From an uncultured Chloroflexia bacterium (lineage in GTDB: Bacteria; Chloroflexota; Limnocylindria; Limnocylindrales; CSP1-4), in the NCBI GenBank assembly GCA_963713975.1, contig OY970218.1, forward strand, positions 384,001-448,000: a DNA stretch of 64,000 nucleotides, written 5' to 3'. The notes under the pieces were generated by a model. That model was not told where the DNA came from, did not search any database, and saw only the letters and a list, made by a program, of their open reading frames with translations. Below, in pieces: positions 48,329 through 56,696 of this stretch. A program made the translations under genes and the position numbers. Position 1 is the stretch's first letter, and each line of letters starts with the position of its first letter.

Positions 48329-49096
48329 TCAGTCACCGCTCACCCCGGCAGCCAGGCGCACGAGGGCCGGCTCCACCCCGAAGACCTCCCGGATGACCTC
48401 GTCGGTGAGGACCTCGGCCGGCGGACCGTCCGCGAGGATGCGGCCGTGCGCGATGATCACGAGCCTCGGGAAGAAGTGGGCGGCCAGGCCGAGGTCGTGG
48501 AGTACGGCGACCAGCGTGGTGCCGTCGCGCTCATTGAGATCGCGCAGGAGCTCCATGGCCTCCACCTGGTGACGCAGGTCGAGGTGCACGGTCGGTTCGT
48601 CCAGGAGCAGGATCGGCGCCTCCTGGGCCACGGCGAGCGCCAGGAGCACCAGCTGGCGCTCCCCGAGCGACAGCTCCCGGGCGTCGCGGCCCATCAGGTG
48701 GCCCAGGCCGACGCGCTCGATCGCGGCCGCCACGGCCGCGCGATCCCCCGGCGTGGCGCCACGAAGCGTCGCCTCGTGTGGGAGGCGACCGAGACCGACG
48801 ACCTCCTCCACGCGCATGGCGAACGGGAACGCGGTCTGCTGGGGCACCACGGCGAGGCGCCGGGCGATCTCGGAGCGCTCGAGGGTCCCCAGCGGCACGC
48901 CGTCCAGTTGGACCCGGCCGACGGACGGCTTGAGGGTGCCTGCGAGCACCCGCAGCAGCGTGGACTTGCCCGCCCCGTTGGGACCGATGAGCGCGACCCG
49001 CTCGCCGTGCTCCAGGGTCAGGGTGACATCGCCCAGGATGGCGCGGCCGCGGACCTCGACCGTCACGCCGTCCATCGCCAGCGCGGGCGAGGTCAC
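48329..49096 (-). CDS. Cobalamin/siderophore ABC transporter ATPase (BtuD-like)
   Basis: GPNGAGKST, LSLGERQ, LLLDEPT.HLD, VLHDL; downstream of B12 riboswitch. Confidence 0.9.
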   Translation of the reverse strand: MTSPALAMDGVTVEVRGRAILGDVTLTLEHGERVALIGPNGAGKSTLLRVLAGTLKPSVGRVQLDGVPLGTLERSEIARRLAVVPQQTAFPFAMRVEEVVGLGRLPHEATLRGATPGDRAAVAAAIERVGLGHLMGRDARELSLGERQLVLLALAVAQEAPILLLDEPTVHLDLRHQVEAMELLRDLNERDGTTLVAVLHDLGLAAHFFPRLVIIAHGRILADGPPAEVLTDEVIREVFGVEPALVRLAAGVSGD

Positions 49097-50175
49097 AGCT
49101 CGTACCCCGTGCGGGCGCGCCGCAGCAGCACCAGGAAGAACGGGGCGCCGATGACGGCCGTGACCACGCCGACCGGCACGCCGCCGAGCATCCGGGCGAC
49201 CACGTCGGCCGCGGCCAGGAGGCTCGCCCCGAACAGCGCGGAGATCGGGAGCACGAGACGCGCGTTGGGCCCCACGATCAGCCGCACCAGGTGGGGGATC
49301 ACCAGGCCGACGAACCCGATCAGGCCCGCGACGGCGACGCCCGCCGCCGTCACGAGCGATGCCAGGGCCAGCAGGATGACCCGCTCCCGGCGCACGTCGA
49401 TGCCAAGGTGGGCGGCAGCCTCCTCACCCAGCAGGAAGCCGTTGAGGACCCGCGCCCGGTAGAGGATGGCCAGCGTGCCCCCGATGATCAGGGGCGCCGC
49501 CACCGCGAAGCGGAGCCACGACGAGCCGTCGAAGCCGCCCAGCAGGTAGCTGAAGATCTGGCGCAGCCCCGTTCCGGACAGGTACATCGCCATCGCGAGT
49601 CCCGCGGCCAGGAGGGAGCCCACGGCGTACCCGGTCAGCAGCAGCGAGGTCATGGGCGACAGCGCGCTCGTCCGGGCGAGCTTGTAGACCACGGTCACGG
49701 AGATGAGCGCACCCGCGAAGGCCAGCCCGTGGAGGAGGCCGAACTCCAGGAACACGCCGCGCACCGGCAGGATGACCGCGATGGCGGCTCCCAGCGCGGC
49801 TCCGGAGGCCGTGCCCAGCACGTACGGGTCGGCGAGGGGGTTTCGCAGCAGGCCCTGGAACGTGGCGCCGGCGACGGCCAGGCCCGTGCCGACCACCATC
49901 GCGGTGAGCACGCGCGGCAGCCGCAGGTCCACCACGATCGCCTCGGCGGTGGCGGCCCAGTCGAGCCCCAGGTCCAGGCCAAGGAACCGCCTGACCAGAA
50001 TGGCGATCGTCGTCGTGGGCGCCAGGTCCGCCGACCCGAGCACGATCCCGCCGATGAGCACCACGAACATGGAGACAACCCCCGCCACCGCCAGCCAGCC
50101 CGCGCGTCCGAGGCGCGTGGGAACCAGCAGCGCCGTGCGGCGCCGGGCTTCAGCGGAAGCGGGGGTGGTCGACAT
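49093..50175 (-). CDS. FecCD/BtuC family ABC permease
   Basis: LRLPRV, QGLLRNPLADPYVLG..SGA, IGFVGLVIPHLVR, PVGVVTAVIGAPFF. Confidence 0.92.
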   Translation of the reverse strand: MSTTPASAEARRRTALLVPTRLGRAGWLAVAGVVSMFVVLIGGIVLGSADLAPTTTIAILVRRFLGLDLGLDWAATAEAIVVDLRLPRVLTAMVVGTGLAVAGATFQGLLRNPLADPYVLGTASGAALGAAIAVILPVRGVFLEFGLLHGLAFAGALISVTVVYKLARTSALSPMTSLLLTGYAVGSLLAAGLAMAMYLSGTGLRQIFSYLLGGFDGSSWLRFAVAAPLIIGGTLAILYRARVLNGFLLGEEAAAHLGIDVRRERVILLALASLVTAAGVAVAGLIGFVGLVIPHLVRLIVGPNARLVLPISALFGASLLAAADVVARMLGGVPVGVVTAVIGAPFFLVLLRRARTGYEL

Positions 50176-50178
50176 CGA

Positions 50179-51246
50179 CTACTGGGTCGTGACCGGGAGG
50201 ACGAGGTCCGGGTGGATCGCCTGGGCGAGGGCCCGGATGCCGTCAGCGAGCCGGGGGCCGGGGCGCGTGACGATCACGTCGTCGATCGGGCGGACGTCAC
50301 CGTTCTTTACCGCGCTCAGCGTCTCCCAGCCGGATCGGGCCGCAACCTGGTCGGGGGTGACGCCGTACGCCGCATCGCCGAGGAGGATCACCTCGGGGTC
50401 GAACGACAGGATCTTCTCGGAGTCGATCTGGTAGACGCCGTCCGTGCCGCTGGTCAGCGGATCACCGCCGGCGACGCGGATCATCTCGGTCCCGAAGTAG
50501 TCGGGCGCCGGACCGAAGTAGCCGCTCGAGGCGTCGAGCTCGTAGAAGACACGCGCGGTGGGCTGGTCCGCAACCGCGGTGGCGACGTCGGCGAACGCCG
50601 CCTCGATGTCGTTGGTGATCGCACCCGCCTCCGTCTCGCGGCCGACCGCGCGGCCGATGAGCCCGATGTCGTCCAGGGCCGTCGAGATGTCCGGGGCGAA
50701 GACCACCAGCACGGGAACGCCGAGCGAGCGCAGCTTCGCGATCGCGTCCGGCGGGTTGAAGTTGTCGCCGCCGGCGATCACGAGGTCAGTGCCCAGGGAC
50801 ACGATCTTCTCGACGTCCACGGAGCCGTACTTCGCCACGTCCGGCACCGCCGCGGCCTCGGGCGGATAGACGCTGAAGTCCTCGACCTTGCCGACCAGGC
50901 GGTCTCCCACGCCCAATGCGAACAGCGTCTCGGTGGCCGCTGGCGTGAGCGAGACGATCTTCATCGGCTCCGCCGGGATCAGGGCCGTGCCGCCCTCGTC
51001 ATCGGCGAGCTCGACCGGGAACGCCGGGGTCTCGGTGGGGGCGGCGGTGGCGACTGCGGCGGGCGACGGGGATGACACAGCGGGTGTCGCAGCGGCGGGC
51101 GTCGCTGGCGCAGGTGTGGCGGCGGGTGTCGCCGAGCAGGCGCCGAGCGCGACGGCCAGCAGGAGGCCGGACAGGACAGCGATCAGGCCGGTGGTTCGGC
51201 CCGTACGACGGGTCGACATGCGATTGAGGCTTGGGCGTGCGTCCAC
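50179..51246 (-). CDS. Cobalamin ABC substrate-binding lipoprotein (BtuF-like)
   Basis: LGAC lipobox, KIVSLTPAATETLFALG, SAVKNG, RPGPR; GTG at 51246 with GGAG RBS (alternative ATG 51219). Confidence 0.88.
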   Translation of the reverse strand: MDARPSLNRMSTRRTGRTTGLIAVLSGLLLAVALGACSATPAATPAPATPAAATPAVSSPSPAAVATAAPTETPAFPVELADDEGGTALIPAEPMKIVSLTPAATETLFALGVGDRLVGKVEDFSVYPPEAAAVPDVAKYGSVDVEKIVSLGTDLVIAGGDNFNPPDAIAKLRSLGVPVLVVFAPDISTALDDIGLIGRAVGRETEAGAITNDIEAAFADVATAVADQPTARVFYELDASSGYFGPAPDYFGTEMIRVAGGDPLTSGTDGVYQIDSEKILSFDPEVILLGDAAYGVTPDQVAARSGWETLSAVKNGDVRPIDDVIVTRPGPRLADGIRALAQAIHPDLVLPVTTQ

Positions 51247-51272
51247 GGGAACTCCGACAACGGGTTGGAAGG

Positions 51273-51312
51273 AAACAGAAGACCCCTCGCTTCGGGGGAC
51301 GAAGCAGGGGTC
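51273..51312 (-). terminator. Intrinsic terminator in the riboswitch expression platform
   Basis: Minus-strand GACCCCT-GCTTCG / CGAAGC-GAGGGGTC stem followed by TTCTGTTT. Confidence 0.7.
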
Positions 51313-51366
51313 AGGCGGTGGATCGCACGGGTTACGCCTGACCTTTCTCTCGAAGGCTCGAGCGGC

Positions 51367-51493
51367 GACGGCAGGTCGGCGACCGGACTTCCGCCCCATC
51401 GGGGCGGTCACCGTAGCGGGACTGTGCCGGAGTCACACCGGCTTCGCGACCAAACCGCGTCGGTTCTGCAGGGACCGCGAGGGCCCCGGTTGA
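51367..51493 (-). ncRNA. Cobalamin riboswitch
   Basis: Minus-strand GCGAAGCCGGTGTGACTCCGGCACAGTCCCGCTACGGT...GGAAGTCCGG...CCTGCC matches the B12-element core; directly upstream of the btu-type operon; -10 TACGCT at 51502-51507. Confidence 0.88.
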
Positions 51494-51601
51494 TGGGACG
51501 GAGCGTACCACTCCGCTCCGGCCCGGATACACGGATGTGGTACCCACCCCCGATCCCCACCTGCATCAGACCACGCTCGGAGGCGTCAAGGTGATGCGGC
51601 T

Positions 51602-51990
51602 GTGGATCGGATCGCGCGGCGGCGAGCGTCGCGGCGTCCGCCAACGGCGCTTCGCCTCCTGCACCGCTCCGAGTTCGCGAAGGCGGACAAGCAGTACCGC
51701 GAGACGCTCGATGAACTTGGGCAGGGCAGAGCCGCCGATGCGATCACCGATGCTGGCGCCACCCTGCAAGAGGTTCTTGAAGCCCTCCGGTCCGAAGGCA
51801 ACCAACTTGGCGATCTCACGGAATTGGCGAGGAAGAAGGGCCTGCTTGGCGCGCACGACACGTCACTCGTCGATGCCATCGAGAAGACGATGAACTGGTC
51901 GCCGCCGACCGCAGCGAGATGGGCGATGCCCTCCACGCGACGGAGAGGGCAAGCGCGCAGCAGATGCGGGGCCCACGTTGGACGGCCGTG
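51602..51990 (+). pseudogene. Frameshifted gene fragment, tentatively abortive-infection C-terminal (Abi_C)-like
   Basis: ALRLLH..AADAITDAGATLQEVL..GNQLGDL..ARKKGLL.AHD..KTMNW, continuing after a frameshift near 51897 as AADRSEMGDALH; no credible start. Confidence 0.4.
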
Positions 51991-52080
51991 CCCGAGATCG
52001 ACAACCCGCCTGCCGGCAGCGCACCCACCGCGACGTCGGACGGTTCTCGCCGAGAGTGCTGGGACCAGCCGCCTTGGGGG

Positions 52081-53166
52081 TCAGCGCCGATCGCGGAACG
52101 TTCGTGCCGTCGCTCGAAACACGTCGATCAACGTGGCGGCGTCCTTCGCTTCGACCTTGCCCACCATCAGGACGTAGCCCTGATCTCCCGCCAGCAAGAC
52201 GCTGTAGATGGAGATCGCCCTGCCATCATCCGCTCGCTTCGCGGTCGCCGTCAGCTCGACCCCCTCGCGCCCATCAATCGTGACCGGAGTGGCACTGGTG
52301 ACGGTCAGGTCCACGACCTCGGGCAGTTGCCCGAGTCGTTGGCGCGCGAACGTCTCGAGGTCGCCCACGGGCACGTCCCCGATAGATGGTGCGACGACCA
52401 GGGTTGGCTCCTTCGGGTCCGCCGACGGGGTCTGACCGCTGGTGTTGAGAAGAAGGGCGTTGGCAACCGTTCCAGCGCGCCTGAGCGGGGCAACCGGATC
52501 GATCTCGAACGTGAGACCGTCCGATGCGCCGGTCGAACCCTCGGGATCGAACACGACGCCGCGAAGCGCGGTTTCGATGAGGCCCCGCAGCTCCTGGTCC
52601 CCGTCGGGCCAAGCGCCGTTCACCAGGGCGGTTAGCTCGCTCGTGCCCACGACGAGCATCCAGCGTCCGAAGTCGCCCGCCGCCGTTGTCTGGGTGCCCT
52701 CGATAAGGAGGGCCTGACGGCCGTTCAGGGTCATGTCGCTACGCTCAATGAGCGTGATGCCCTTGCTCGCCAATCCCTCGGGCGTCAAACCGGCAGTGAC
52801 CTCGGCGAAGGGCCCGGGCAGCTCGGCCACCAGAATGGAGGAGCCGGACGCCGCCTCCTGAAAGCCTGGGAAGCTGCTCGCCACTTCCCATCCGGGGGGA
52901 GGCACGAGCGAGACGTGGCTCCCGGGGACGCCGACTACGCCATCAGGTGTGGCAGGCGCGACTGGGCCGTCTGAAGGCTCGCCCGAAGCTGGTGCTGGGA
53001 TGTCCGAGCGTGTAGGGGTCGCCACGGGCTGTGTGGAACCCTGACTGGGACCGATCGCGGTGCCGCCACAGTTGGCGACGACGATGATCGTCAACGAGAT
53101 CGCTGCGGTGCCTCGCAGCCGCCTTCTGACGCCCAGAAGTCTGCGGTCTCCGCGGCGCAGTGACAT
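52081..53166 (-). CDS. Exported (probably lipo-) protein with two PsbP/Mog1-like domains
   Basis: Signal with VVANC, P/S-rich linker, VSLVPPPGW..TLNGRQA and VTIDGREG..FRATARTF; -10 TACAAT at 53221-53226. Confidence 0.6.
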   Translation of the reverse strand: MSLRRGDRRLLGVRRRLRGTAAISLTIIVVANCGGTAIGPSQGSTQPVATPTRSDIPAPASGEPSDGPVAPATPDGVVGVPGSHVSLVPPPGWEVASSFPGFQEAASGSSILVAELPGPFAEVTAGLTPEGLASKGITLIERSDMTLNGRQALLIEGTQTTAAGDFGRWMLVVGTSELTALVNGAWPDGDQELRGLIETALRGVVFDPEGSTGASDGLTFEIDPVAPLRRAGTVANALLLNTSGQTPSADPKEPTLVVAPSIGDVPVGDLETFARQRLGQLPEVVDLTVTSATPVTIDGREGVELTATAKRADDGRAISIYSVLLAGDQGYVLMVGKVEAKDAATLIDVFRATARTFRDRR

Positions 53167-53505
53167 TGCCCCTACCCCCCTTCGGCCAGCACGTTCGCTC
53201 TCTCGGGAAAGCTCGGCTCGATTGTAGGCGCTGGCGCTCGTGGCCCGAAGGTCGTACTGCCGACAGCACATCCCTGCCCCAAGTGGCGCGCCAACCGAAA
53301 GCTGGACGGGCCACGCCATGTCCCCACCGCGTCCGCGCTTCCTACCGGTCTCATCCAGGCCTCATAGCCGCGTCGTTGGTGGGTCCGGCGGTCGCTGCAC
53401 CTACCGACGATCCGGCGCGTAAGTGGCAGGTAATCGGTCATGTCGATCATGGCCATCTCGCCCTCCTCCCGCCCACGAGCCAATCCCGCCGGAGGAGGTA
53501 CCTCG

Positions 53506-54606
53506 ATGGAGGCGCTTCGGTGGATCCGGATCACCCCCCTCGCGATCATGCTCGCCGCAGGCGCGATCGGCCCGGGCAAGCCCGTGCTCTCGGCGGTTGG
53601 AGATCCGCCGTGGGACCCGCCCCCGTGTCCGGGGACGGTGACCGGTGACGCGCGCGCGGGCATCGGCGCCTGGTACCGGCTGGACCCGCTGCTGGACCAG
53701 GCCGGGACGCTGGTCGGACAGCACCTCGCCATCGGAGCGGACGGCGCTCCGGAGCGCTGGCTGGACCTGGCCCCGGAGGCGTTCGCATCGGGACCGGTCG
53801 GCGGGCTGGTGGTCATGGGCGAGGACGACGGCGCGACCTCGAGCCTGCGGCTGCTGGACCCGGCCCGGGGCTGCGCCACGACCATGGCCACTGAGACCGA
53901 CGTGATCCGGAGCGCCGTCATGGCCGCCGACGGGCGGTCGACCTACGAGCACCGTGTGGATCGGGCGACCCGGAGCGACCTGGGTGTCTGGCGCCGGCAG
54001 GTCGACCGGAACGGCGGTGGCGCGACGATGACCGCGGTCCGCGTCCTGGATGGCCTGGCACCGGACCGCACGCTGGGGCGGGCCTTCGCGACGGACCTGG
54101 TCGCGGCACCGGACGGCCGGCTCGTGGTGAGCTCCTGCGCGGAGCGCGCGTGCCGGGTGCGTGTCCTTGATGCCGGGGGCGGGACGCCGGACCCGGTCGA
54201 AGGCGTCGGGCCGGCCCTCGGCGTGACGGGCGGGCGGCTGATCGTCCGTGAGGCCTGCCAGGGGCTGCCCTGCGCGGTGGTGGCGGTGGATCTCGTCGAC
54301 GGCCGGCGCTCGACGCTGGTCGCGGCAGCCGGCGCGGCCGCGCTCGGTGGCCGGGACAACGCCGAGCTGGTGTATGCGGACCCGGACGGCCGGGTCTCGA
54401 CCGTGAACGCCTTGACGGGCCGCCGGGGCCCGCTGGCCTCGACCCGGGACTGGCCCCTCCGCGCCGGCTCTACGGCGACGAGCGGCGTGGAGGAACCGCC
54501 CGGCATCGTGGCCGTGGGTCCGGGAGGACGCGTGGACGGTGGCCCCCACCTCGGGTTCGATCCCGAGCGCGGTACGACCGTCGTGATCGGGAAGGAAGGA
54601 TCGTGA
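53506..54606 (+). CDS. Secreted hypothetical protein, probable beta-propeller
   Basis: RBS GGAGGAGGT; signal peptide; repeated beta-strand units (AADGRSTY, APDGRLVV); Cys pairs (CAERAC, CQGLPC). Confidence 0.65.
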   Translation: MEALRWIRITPLAIMLAAGAIGPGKPVLSAVGDPPWDPPPCPGTVTGDARAGIGAWYRLDPLLDQAGTLVGQHLAIGADGAPERWLDLAPEAFASGPVGGLVVMGEDDGATSSLRLLDPARGCATTMATETDVIRSAVMAADGRSTYEHRVDRATRSDLGVWRRQVDRNGGGATMTAVRVLDGLAPDRTLGRAFATDLVAAPDGRLVVSSCAERACRVRVLDAGGGTPDPVEGVGPALGVTGGRLIVREACQGLPCAVVAVDLVDGRRSTLVAAAGAAALGGRDNAELVYADPDGRVSTVNALTGRRGPLASTRDWPLRAGSTATSGVEEPPGIVAVGPGGRVDGGPHLGFDPERGTTVVIGKEGS

Positions 54607-55634
54607 ACGTGACGCGGAAGCAGCGGCGGGTGCCGGCGGGGATCGTGGGGATTGTGACGGCCATCCTGGTGGCCGGGCACGTCCTCGCGGCGACACCGGA
54701 TCCGTTCATGGGCAACCCGTTCAACCAGAACCAGGAGCTCGACTACCGGTGGGGCGCCGGCGGCACCCCGCCGGCCGCGATGAGGACCGCGATCAACGCC
54801 GCGGCGGACGACTCGAACGCATCCCGGCGCAGCAAGGCACCCGTGTTCGACTTCGCCAGCGGTGCCAGCAACACCATCTACTACGGCGTCGACGTCCCGT
54901 GCGGCGTCAACGGGCTTGCCTGCTTCCGGCGCGATGCACCGGACTGGTTCGGGATCTGGCTGCGCGAGGACGGCCATCGCTACGATTGGGGCGTCCTGCG
55001 CTGGTGTGAGGTGGCGGGTGATCCCAACGGGTGCTACGACGCCGAGAACATCACGCTCGACGAGCTCGGTCATGTGCTTGGCTTGGATCACCACGTCAAC
55101 AAGTCCGACGACAGCGACTACGGCGACGCCGTCGTCCAGACCTACTCGAGGACGAAGCCCAAGGCGTTCTACGATGCGCACGTGTTCGGACGCTGCGACG
55201 TGGCCACCCTCCAGCAGGTGTACGACGTCGCGAACTCCACCACCCCCTACAGCACCTGCCTGGACGTGCCGACCGAGCTCTCCATCTCGGCCTCGAAGAC
55301 GACTGTCGTGGCGGGATCGATGGTGACGTTCACCGCCAGCCTCGGCAGCAGCGGGACCGGAAGGCTGTCGAACAACCTGATCTCGAGCCGCGTGGTTGTG
55401 CTCCAGCAGCGTGGTGCCTCGGGCTGGTCCGACGTGCTGACGATGAAGGCCGGATCATCGGCCGGCACCTACTCGGCCTCGCTCACGATGCGGGCGACCA
55501 CGGAGCTGCGGGCACTGTTCCGCAAGCCATCGGGGGAGGGCCTCAGGACCTCCTCGTCCGCGTCGACCCGAGTGACCGTCACGGCGGCCTGCACGGGGCT
55601 GTGCCCGCAGTCCAACCCTGGCCCCGTCCAATGA
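54603..55634 (+). CDS. Secreted matrixin/metzincin-like protein with variant DExxHxxGxxH motif and C-terminal Ig-like domain
   Basis: Signal peptide; YDAENITLDELGHVLGLDH, FGRCDVATLQQVY; S/T-rich beta-sandwich C-terminus. Confidence 0.7.
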   Translation: MNVTRKQRRVPAGIVGIVTAILVAGHVLAATPDPFMGNPFNQNQELDYRWGAGGTPPAAMRTAINAAADDSNASRRSKAPVFDFASGASNTIYYGVDVPCGVNGLACFRRDAPDWFGIWLREDGHRYDWGVLRWCEVAGDPNGCYDAENITLDELGHVLGLDHHVNKSDDSDYGDAVVQTYSRTKPKAFYDAHVFGRCDVATLQQVYDVANSTTPYSTCLDVPTELSISASKTTVVAGSMVTFTASLGSSGTGRLSNNLISSRVVVLQQRGASGWSDVLTMKAGSSAGTYSASLTMRATTELRALFRKPSGEGLRTSSSASTRVTVTAACTGLCPQSNPGPVQ

Positions 55635-56206
55635 CCACGCGGCGTCTGGCACTCGTGCTGTGCGGCGTCCTGGCAGCCCTTCTGGCAGCCGGGTGCACTG
55701 CCGCGGCGGGCCCGTCGGCGACGGCGCGGCCGGTTGAGGCGACATCCGAGCCTGCGATGGAGGAAACGGCCGGCCCTGGGATCGAGACGGCGTCCCCCGC
55801 CCCGCTCCTGCCAACCATCGATCCGGGCGACACTGCCGGCCCGCCGGTAGCCACGCTCGCCGGCCCCGGCGGTGCGCCCGTCGACGGGATGCTGGGGAGT
55901 TACACCTGGGACGACGCGGGCTCGGACGCACCGTGGCTCGTTCCGCCGGTCGGGCAGGCAATCCGTGGGCCGGGACCGTTCGCGGTGGCGTTCTCGCCGG
56001 ACCTCGCCGCGGCGTCCTGGACGGCCCGCTGGGCGCCGGTCGTGGACGGTGTGGCGGACGAGCCGGCCCTGTCGTCGTCGGGCGGTCCCGGGCGGATCCT
56101 CGTCCCTGCTCCGGGCGGACAGGGCACGTGGAGCCTCCAGCTGGACGTCAGCTTCGCCGACGGCGGACGGGCCGCCTGGTACTGGAGGCTCGGCCCGGTT
56201 CCGTGA
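55631..56206 (+). CDS. Lipoprotein
   Basis: LAAGC lipobox; ATGA overlap with upstream gene; GMLGSYTW, AAWYWRL. Confidence 0.7.
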   Translation: MTTRRLALVLCGVLAALLAAGCTAAAGPSATARPVEATSEPAMEETAGPGIETASPAPLLPTIDPGDTAGPPVATLAGPGGAPVDGMLGSYTWDDAGSDAPWLVPPVGQAIRGPGPFAVAFSPDLAAASWTARWAPVVDGVADEPALSSSGGPGRILVPAPGGQGTWSLQLDVSFADGGRAAWYWRLGPVP

Positions 56207-56264
56207 CGCCCTGGAATCGAACCGCCGCCGGCCTTGGGGCCGGCGGCGGGCTCGCCGGGAACGC

Positions 56265-56543
56265 TCAGGCGGTTGCCCCGGCGGGCACAGCGTTGAAGAT
56301 CGAGACCTGCGCCTCCTCGGGCAGCATCACGCCGAAGATCTTCTGCAATGCGAGGAGGTGCACGCAGGAGCCCCAACTCTCGAAGTAGTGGCACGTGCAG
56401 TGCCACTGGCCGGCGTCGAGGCTGACGTGATGGGTGTCGTTGTCACCACGGAACGTCAGGGCGACACGCTCGAGCGAGATGCGGTCCAGCTCACGAGCGT
56501 AGCGATTCGCCTTCTCGACCTTGCCGATGAGAGAGGAGTGCAT
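56265..56543 (-). CDS. Small SWIM zinc-finger protein of the type conserved in Chloroflexota
   Basis: SSLIGKVEKA.RYA..F.GDN..WHCTC..F...GSCVH (CxC...CxH); RBS GGAGGT. Confidence 0.8.
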   Translation of the reverse strand: MHSSLIGKVEKANRYARELDRISLERVALTFRGDNDTHHVSLDAGQWHCTCHYFESWGSCVHLLALQKIFGVMLPEEAQVSIFNAVPAGATA

Positions 56544-56696
56544 CGCCGATCTACCTCCAGTCGCCCTCTATGGGGCGTCCACGAGGGCCGCCGTCCGGTC
56601 GGACCCGCGGGCCGGTGATGGCGGTCGCACAGTCGAAGCCTACACCCCCGGCGGCCGGCGGTCAGCCCCGCAATTCGTCCCGTTCCGCGTGGGGCG

